Part shown: piece by piece, positions 56,346 to 64,000 of the stretch
Numbering within the stretch: the first letter of the stretch is position 1
Layout: the number at the start of each line of letters is the position of its first letter
Assembly: GCF_018350175.1 (NCBI RefSeq)
Contig: NC_058377.1
Span: 112,158,001 to 112,222,000, forward strand
DNA length: 64,000 nucleotides
From: Felis catus
Lineage: Eukaryota
Direction: 5' to 3'
Program-made: the position numbers and the translations under genes
The notes under the pieces: generated by a model
Told to the model about the DNA's origin: nothing
Databases searched by the model: none
The model's input: the letters and a program-made list of their open reading frames with translations, nothing else

Positions 56346-58506
56346 CACGGTGAGTACGGCATCATGTCAGGTCTTCGATGACACCCGGGGGCCTGGATGC
56401 GCACAGGTGCATGGCACCTGGCCAGGGTGGGATTCGGGCCTGGGCAGGCTGACGCCCCAGGACTCCCTGCTCACCCCACGGGCTCTGCCTCCCTCCGCCT
56501 GCTCATTCTTCTCAGAATTACAAACAGGCTGCAGAAAGCAGGACTCCTGCCTCCCCAAGGAAGCAGGAATCCGTACTGCTTTTGAACTTGTATTCTCGCG
56601 CACGTGAAGCGGTTTTCAGGAAGGACACCCCCCTGCTCCCCTGAGGATGGTGAGGTCATTGGCACAGAACGTGAGATGTCAGGTAGGACACCTCTATCCT
56701 CTTTGGCAGTGAACGGGGGACTCGCCCAGCCCGGACTACGTCGTCCCCGGGCCCCCCGGACTCTCCCAGACTCTGGAGACCAAACAGGGGCAGGGTGGAC
56801 GGCCATGCGTCCACAGTGAAGGTGACAGAGGGAGATGTGGGGCGGCCATTACCGGAGGGCCCAGGAAGGGTCGGGGCTGGAGCCTTCATTTCGCACACCA
56901 TCACTCATCAGCCACACACAAGGGGCAGCCTTGTGCTTGCAGGCAAGTGAGGGGGTCACAAACTTTTACGCGACACGGGGCAATCACAGGAACCAGCGGG
57001 AGGATCCTGGTGCAGCTCAGAGGTAACTAAGCTTTCTTCTTAGATGGAAACGTCTGTTCTTTCCATGAGAACATCCCTCATTGGTGATGGTTTAGATCCT
57101 TGGGAAGCCGTGGTGATTCTCAGCCCTTTGCTTGCCTTGACACAGGATGGGTGACTCTCCTATCTGCCCTTGAGTGCAGGTGAGTGTGAGCCTGAAGGCA
57201 GGCGAGGGTGAACGTGAACGCGGGCGAGCGTTTACCTGAATACCCTCACTTGTCAAGTTAGATTCTTTTCAAACCTGCGCGCCCACCCGATTCCTGGTGT
57301 GTGAGGACCTGGGGGTCTGGACGTCACCCCAGCCCAGCACGCCTGCTCTGTGCTGGCCGTGCTGGACCCCTCACAGCTGTCGAGAGCATCATGCCCAGCA
57401 AGAGAACTCATTGTGTGTGACTGAGCGTCTAAGTGACAAGCGCGGGTCCACTAGGAAAAGCAAAGGTAGGGCTTCTTGCCAAATGGACGGGATGCTCCTG
57501 GGGCGGGGTCTCTGGGATGGGGCGGGCGCTGGGGCCCGGCCTCAGGGTGGCCCCCACCAGAGCCTGTGGCTGCCAGCATGGGCCTGGAGGGGACGGAAGG
57601 GCGGGGCCCAGTGCCTTTGTGTGTCCAAGGCTGGGGCCAGGGTGTAAAGGCCTCTTAGCTAAAGGAGGCCCAGACAGACCCGGGCCCGTGTGCAGCGACA
57701 GGAAACCGCCCCCGAGCAGGGGCCTGGAGGGAGGAGGCCTGTTTGCACGGAGCACCTACGGTGTGCGGCCTCAGTACTGGGCCTGGGGCTGTAAACTCAA
57801 ACGTGACTGGCCCTGCTCACGGCCTGGAGACTGGCCAGCCGTCGGTACGGACACACTTCTACTGCTGGGCTGCTGAGCTGTGCGTCAGCCCGGGCCAGGC
57901 CTTAAAATAGTGCTGTGTGGCCACGACCAGAGATGGTCCTGTGAGGTGGGCAATGTCTTGGGGAGCCCTCGTGTCCTATGGGCGAAGGCTCACACCTGGG
58001 CACCTGGCTCTCTCGGTGAAAATTTAACAAGCCCCAGACCGTGCCAGGCAGAGGGGACCCCAAGGTTGTCTGCAAAGGTCAGAGGACTTCAAAGGGCAAC
58101 ATGGTTCCCCGTCGGCCCAGCCTGCCCCCTGCCCCAGGACCCTCTGACATCAACCTGCATCCTACACATTTTCCATGAGCCTCCCTGGGCCGGCGTTGTG
58201 CCCAAGCCGGGACATGTTGAAGAAGGACACGGACCACCATGCTGCCACAGGAAACAGCCACGTGCACTTGGTGGTAAATGCTGGGGGAGGGGGAGGGGCA
58301 CAGAACACAGAGCGGAGAAGCCTGTCCCGGAAAGAGGGGTGGGGGGGGGGACCTCAGCACTGGGGAAGGAGGAGAAGGGCACACCAGACAGAGGGACAGC
58401 ATGGGCAAATGCCCGGTGTGGTGGGTGGGAGCTAGAGCCAAGGGGAGGGTGGACGCTGGGTTTCTGCGGGAGGCATTTGGGGACAGGAGAGCAATCCTTG
58501 GGGAAA

Positions 58507-58660
58507 CCTACTGTGTGCCAGCTGTGCTGATGGTTCCCTCCACACATCACCTCTCCTGAGACCCAGCAACCCTGACGTGAAGGTTTCCCAGGGCCCTGAG
58601 GCTCAGAGAGGCGAAATGCCTCATTGAGGTTTGACTCGGTTGCTGGGAGAGCTCAGGCCC
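58507..58660 (-). mobile_element. MIR fragment
   Basis: cctactgtgtgccag...cagcaaccctg...ctgaggctcagagaggcgaaatg. Confidence 0.6.
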
Positions 58661-58721
58661 CGGCAGCATCTCCAGGGTCGGTGCTGGATCCCAGGACCAC
58701 AGGTACCCCCAGATCCTGCCC

Positions 58722-59141
58722 TCTGCAGGTCAGTACAAGGAGGCCCCAAAGACATCCACATCCTGATCCCTGGTGCCCGTGACTGTGTGACTTACAGGCC
58801 AGGTGTGACTGAGTAAAGGGTGCCGATGGCCAGTGATCCTAGATGATCCAGGGGGGCTCACTGTGACCACAGAGTCCTTTCTCTCAAAAGGAGAGAGTCA
58901 GAGTCGGAGAGGGAGGCATGATGCTGGAAGTAGGGGCTGGGGCCACAAGCCAGGGCGCCTCTAGAAGGTGAGGGCCAGGAATGGAGCTTTCAGGAGGAAC
59001 ACAGCCCTGCTGATGCCTTGATTTTAGCCCCTTGAGCCCCGTTCTGGACCTGTAACTTCCAGAACTCCAAGGTAACACATGTGTGTTGTTTGAAGCCGCT
59101 ACATATGTGGTCCTCTGTCACAGCAGCCACAGAAACTCATC
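58722..59141 (+). mobile_element. MaLR LTR (MLT1D-like)
   Basis: ccccaaagacatccacatcctgatccctgg...aggaacacagccctgctgatgccttgattttagccc...tgttgtttgaagcc...cagcagccacagaaact. Confidence 0.85.
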
Positions 59142-60329
59142 TGCTGGCAGAGCTGAGTTGACAACAGCCCAGAGAAGAGCCAGCTGTGGAGGTCACGGCT
59201 GAGGTCTTCGCAGACCAGCTCCTCCCCTTCTGGCTGTTCATAAATAGCAGGTTAATAAACAAGGCCGACGGGGACGAGGCTTCCCTTTGTGCTTGGATAC
59301 CCCTCAACACAAGGGGGTACAAGGCAGCCTGCACCCCGAAAAGGGCCGGAAGCCCACGAAGCCACCAGCAGGCCCTCTCCGAGTCCCCCCTGAGTTTCAC
59401 AGACCTCGTGGCCTCCAGAACACTCACCCACATACACTGTCCACCTGCAAAGTAAAATTAACCCACTCCTGTGCCGCACAAGCCAATAGGGGCTCCTAAT
59501 GGGAGAGGAGGGAGCCCCAGTTCTGCCAGGACCAAGGACAGTTCCTTGGCGGTAGGAACAAAAGTCACTTACTCCCCCACCCTTCAGGCTGTCTGCACCA
59601 GTGGCCGATGGAGAGCTAGAGAGAGCCTGGGACTCCGCCAGGCCTGGCTGGGATGGGCAGGAACACTGAGGCCCATAGGCCTGGCTCACGTGCTGTTTTT
59701 ATGGGGATGGGAGGCTGCAGGCCTGGGCTGCCCATGGCGGCCAGGATGGGTCCAGGGGCAGTCTGCTGGTTTCCTGTGCCCCTCTGTGAACCCTGGGGGG
59801 GGGGGCTCCTTGTCACAGAGCCCACCATATCTAGGGGACCCTCAAAACTCCAGCTTTTCTCAGCCATTCAACATGCACCTGTTGCATTAGGCCATCTCAG
59901 TGATGTAAGTGGGGACAGAATTGGGGACGACAGAACATGCTCAACCAGAGGCAAAAGGTGCCACAGGGTCAGCAGGCCTGTGATGCTTCCTTCCCACAGA
60001 GGAGTCATCCACGAGGACCTGGTTGGGGGGTACACAGTGGGGAAATCAATTCTCTTCTTTTGGACGGCATGGGAAGAGAAGCTTCTGTGGCCGCTGAAAT
60101 AAAGCCACAAACATGGTTGTTTATTCCAGTAAGTGAGGAAAAGCCTGTTGTCTTCCTCAAAGAGGTCACCTTTCTATCCGAAGAACTCTGCATTACATTA
60201 GGGTTGCTTGGGCTTTATTTTTAGTGTCATTTCTAATTCCAACCGATACCATAACCCCAATGTAGTTTTTCCACTAATTGAGGGCAAACTTGACCAGTGC
60301 CCAGGGCAGCACGCAGGGTATAAAGGCAG

Positions 60330-60500
60330 AAGGAACCAGCTTCAATTCCTGCCCTCCCATCTCTCAGCTGTGTGACCCTGGGAAGGACCACTTGACCTCT
60401 CTGGGCGTCCATTCAATCTCTAGTACAGAGATGGTTTTTGTAGAGATGGTCCTAAAACCATCTCTCAGGCTAAGGTGGAAGAGGCTGGAATGTCTGCCCC
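60330..60500 (+). mobile_element. MIR fragment
   Basis: ttcaattcctgccctccc...cagctgtgtgaccctgggaag...cttgacctctctggg. Confidence 0.65.
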
Positions 60501-62224
60501 AGATGCCCACAAAGGTCAGCCCTGCCTCTCCCTGGGAGCAGCCAGTCAGGGAGTGGGGAGAGCTCCCTGGCCAGGCCTGGCCTTTCCTGCCAGCCAGAGA
60601 GCTAACTGGGGAGGGCTCAGAGCACAGAGCGGATGGAGACGGGATGTGGGGTCAAGTGTGGCCCATGCCTGCTTTGTGAGACACCCAGAGAACCTGAACA
60701 GAACCAAGGAGATACCACGGGAGGGGTCTGTGTGATGGGAATTGGCCTGGGGGAGGGGGCAGCAGGGAGGAGCACGTCCGTTGCCAAGGGGCGTTGTCAA
60801 CATCCTGTCCCTCCAAGCCCCTTAACTCCATTAGCGCTGATGGAGCATGGTGGAGCCCGCCAAGTCCGGCCCCAGATCCAATTAGCTTAGAACATATGTC
60901 TGAACATGACGAGGCGAGTCCGCTGAAACTGTGTCTGCTCAGAATGCTCAGCACAGGGGACCCGCTCAGTAACTCATCCTCCTCGCCTTGGGTTCCCATG
61001 TGCTCTGTATGGAAGCAGAGGATAACATACACACGATACGGCGACTCACTTTGGTCTGAGGTGCAGGGCGGTCGGAGGCTGGGCAGCTGTCTCCCCAAGT
61101 TCCCGGTTAATCAAGGGTGGCTTCTGGGTGGCACCGGTCCCCGTGGACACCCAGCCTGGTGTCAGATGCAGTGTGGCACCTAAGGGGGCTTTGCTTACAG
61201 CCGCCACTGTGTGCGGATCTCAGCGCCAGCTGGGGAGCTTTGGAGAAACGTGGAACCCGGGGTCCTCTCCCCAGACAGGCTGACTGGGTGGGTCTGGGCG
61301 GGGTGAGTGGGGTCTGCGTGTGGAATAAGCAGGGGGTGCCTCCGGAACCATTTACAGAGCTCGCTCACAAGAGAGCCTTTCTCTTCCCGTCCTCACGGCA
61401 GCCTTGTGAGGCTCAGGATACTGCCACATTGATGGGGGACACTGAACACCAAGAAATGGCCGGACAGCCAGTCACGGCCGGTGCTGGGTGTGAACTGAGC
61501 AGCTGGCTGACAGGGACAGAGTGGGAGATTCAGGGTGAGTCCGAATTGTGCCTGGTCCTGGGGGAGGGGTGTGTGGAAGCCGATGAGACCCGTGAAGGAG
61601 GCTCCAGGGAGGAGGGGATCCCCAGGTGGACTCCAGGTGGCCCGAGGGTTAGCAGAGATGTGGAGGTTGGAGGGCTGGAGGATGAGCCCCTGAGCCCCAC
61701 TGCCACGACCCCGGGGATGAGCATCAAAGCCTGAGGCTTGAGTTGGGTGTTGGGTGTACTGCATGTTGTATGGGAGGCATGGTGAGTGCCACCTCACAGC
61801 CCCTCCATGCTGGACAGCCATTCCCTCCCCAGCTTGGGAAAGCACGGCATGCTTTGTACTCTGGCAGCCTGACTGACCCATGAGTGGGCACCCGGTCCAG
61901 GGGCAGCGCATCTATTGGCTGGCCAGCAGCTGATGCCAAGGGCATTGCCCAATAGGCTGGGAGGGTTGGTGAAACCAGACAGACTGGCTGCTTCTAGAAT
62001 CAGAAAATTAGGAGCCAGTGATAATAGGACCAACTGGCAGAGAGGAGCTGAGATAGCATTAGGGAGGGACAGGGCCAGTAGCCAGTCTGTAGAGCTGCCT
62101 AGAGTCCTCGTAGCTCTGATTCCCAGGCCACACTGTCCTACAATAATCCCCAACCCCAACTGTCATTAAAAAAATTGGCCAGAAATTGTCTTTGTTCTTT
62201 GTTCCTAATAAGTGAAGGCTTGCC

Positions 62225-63174
62225 TTTATCCATCTATCCCTTCATCCCTCCACCCACCCACACACCCATCTATCTGTCCAATCATTTACCGACCCATCCG
62301 TCGATCCCTGTATCTTTCCATCCATGGATGCATCCACCCATTGGAGCATCCACCCATCCATCCATCAATCCATCCATCCACGCACATGCCCATCCGTCCA
62401 TCTATCCCTCCCTCCCTCCTTCCCTCCCTCCCTCCATCCATCCACCTATCCACATGCTCATCTGTCCGTCTGTCTGTCCATCCATCTGTCCACTCATCCA
62501 TCCACCTATCCATCCATCTACCCACATGCCCATCCATCCATCCATCCACCCATCCATCCACATGCCCACCCATCCGTCTGTCCATCTGTCCATCCATCTG
62601 TCCGTCTGTCCATCTGTCCACCGTCCATCTGTCTGTCCGTCCATCCATCCACCTATCCATCCATCCACCCACATGCCCATCTGTCCGCCCATCCATCCAT
62701 TCACCATCCATCCATCAGTCTGTCCATCCATCCACCATCATCCGTCCACCTATCCATCCATCTACCCACATGCCCATCCATCCACCCATCCATCCACCCA
62801 TCCACATGCCCACCCGTCCGTCTGTCTGTCTGTCCATCTGTCCATCCATCTGTCTGTCCATCCGTCCATCTGTCCACCGTCCATCTGTCTGTTTGTCCGT
62901 CCATCCACCTATCCATCCATCCATCCATCCATCCATCCATCCACCATCATCCGTCCACCTATCCATCCATCTACCCACATGCCCATCCATCCATCCATCC
63001 ATCCATCCATCCATCCATCCACCCATCCACATGCCCACCCATCCGTCTGTCTGTCCATCCATCTGTCTGTCCATCCGTCCATCTGTCCACTGTCCATCTG
63101 TCTGTTTGTCCGTCCATCCACCTATCCATCCATCCATCCACCCACATGCCCATCTGTCCATCCATTCCATCCAT
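62225..63174. repeat. Complex (TCCA)n/(TCTG)n repeat with higher-order units
   Basis: About 950 nt of ccat/ctgt tetramers; block ccaccatcatccgtccacctatccatccatctacccacatgccc recurs at 62732 and 62941. Confidence 0.96.
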
Positions 63175-63334
63175 NNNNNNNNNNNNNNNNNNNNNNNNNN
63201 NNNNNNNNNNNNNNNNNNNNNNNNNNNNNNNNNNNNNNNNNNNNNNNNNNNNNNNNNNNNNNNNNNNNNNNNNNNNNNNNNNNNNNNNNNNNNNNNNNNN
63301 NNNNNNNNNNNNNNNNNNNNNNNNNNNNNNNNNN
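63175..63334. other. Assembly gap (160 N)
   Basis: Run of N at the end of the TCCA repeat. Confidence 0.99.
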
Positions 63335-64000
63335 GCCATTCATTTATCCATCTAACAGCGATTTCAACTTTTGAGTGAGCATCTCCCCTGGGGAGACAGG
63401 AGGGAACAAGACAGATTTTACCCTGGCACCATGGACTCCCAGCCTGTGGAAACAATGACTGACGAAGTCACCCCAACGTGGTGAAGGATTGGGGGATTGT
63501 ACACGTGCCTGCCCTGGGGGGTAATGCAGTGGGGGCTATTCTAATCGAGAGGGGGGGGTGGTCAGGGAGGACTCCTCTGAGCACATGACTATCAGGCCTG
63601 GCCAGTGTCCAAGCCAGCCAGGAAGGGCAGGACCCCAAAAGCAAGAAAGCTAAGAGGTGGTGGTGAGGCTCACCTTCAGTGTGAGCCTCTGGGCATATTT
63701 GAAAGCCAGGATACTACAAACTTTGCCTCTTAGATCCCTGCAGGTCTGGGGTTCCAAGTGGATGTAAGGAGGTGCCTGGGGCTGGGGGACCCCACTGGGA
63801 GGCCACTGTGTTGATCTATTGTTGTTGCTTCTCTTCAGGCAGAGCTGGAACCAACGGCACACGTGGTCCTGGGCTCAGCTGGCTACTCAGAGCTGGGCAG
63901 TGTGGGCACACACGTCTCCACGGGGATCTTGGTGGCTAATTCTGAGGCAGCATCTGTGTGGCTGACCAAGCAGCATGTGGAGGGGACATGCCTCTCTCAG

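Larger units (their letters stand above)
3661..64000 (-). other. SHANK2: 3' part of the very large SHANK2 intron that splits the PDZ domain
   Basis: The preceding exon (...PALQYLESVDEGGVAWQAGLRTGDFLIE) was not found by eye in the window; the sequence is repeats plus GC-rich non-coding DNA. Confidence 0.85.

Noticed and set aside
62225-63174. NOVA YCAY cluster regulating SHANK2 (also 24690-24905)
   Set aside because: YCAY is on the plus strand, antisense to SHANK2.
62175-63455. Longest ORFs (343-399 aa, HPSI/MDGW repeats)
   Set aside because: Translations of (TCCA)n running through an N gap.
1-64000. Hundreds of 60-400 aa ORFs on both strands
   Set aside because: Pro/Gly/Arg/Ala-rich products of GC-rich DNA with few stop codons, many with non-ATG starts, overlapping in all frames and often inside repeats; only those overlapping the four SHANK2 exons contain real coding sequence.

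Overview
Mammalian genomic DNA, almost certainly a cat-family (felid) genome, judged from about 19 Can-SINE/SINEC_Fc-type elements. The whole window lies inside the SHANK2 (ProSAP1) gene on the minus strand. Four coding exons are present near the start: 3525-3660 (C-terminal half of the PDZ domain), 2859-2939 (APPPPKRAP...ELEEL), a 9-nt microexon at 2570-2578 (VDK) and a 21-nt microexon at 1403-1423 (ASIRKKK). Positions 3661-64000 are part of one very large intron. It contains SINEs, old L1s, MaLR/ERVL LTRs, MER20, MIR, a 27-bp minisatellite, a (TCCA)n complex repeat and a 160-N gap. The hundreds of listed ORFs are GC-rich or low-complexity artefacts. Most notable: (i) a full-length U12 minor-spliceosome snRNA retrocopy (45340-45489, minus) carrying about 140 nt of apparent 3' read-through with a 3'-box-like motif, an A-tail and a TSD; (ii) a 9-nt microexon whose rodent-type GLSL extension is still encoded but is preceded by GG instead of AG; (iii) two ancient MLT1B LTRs 17 kb apart, inverted, sharing an 88%-identical GC-rich core, plus strong AT-to-GC rewriting of old L1s; (iv) repeated re-use of the same retrotransposon target sites; (v) a strong CTCF site with its upstream motif. 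All reference comparisons (SHANK proteins, U12, repeat consensuses) are from memory, not database searches. No prokaryotic or CRISPR-type system is present.
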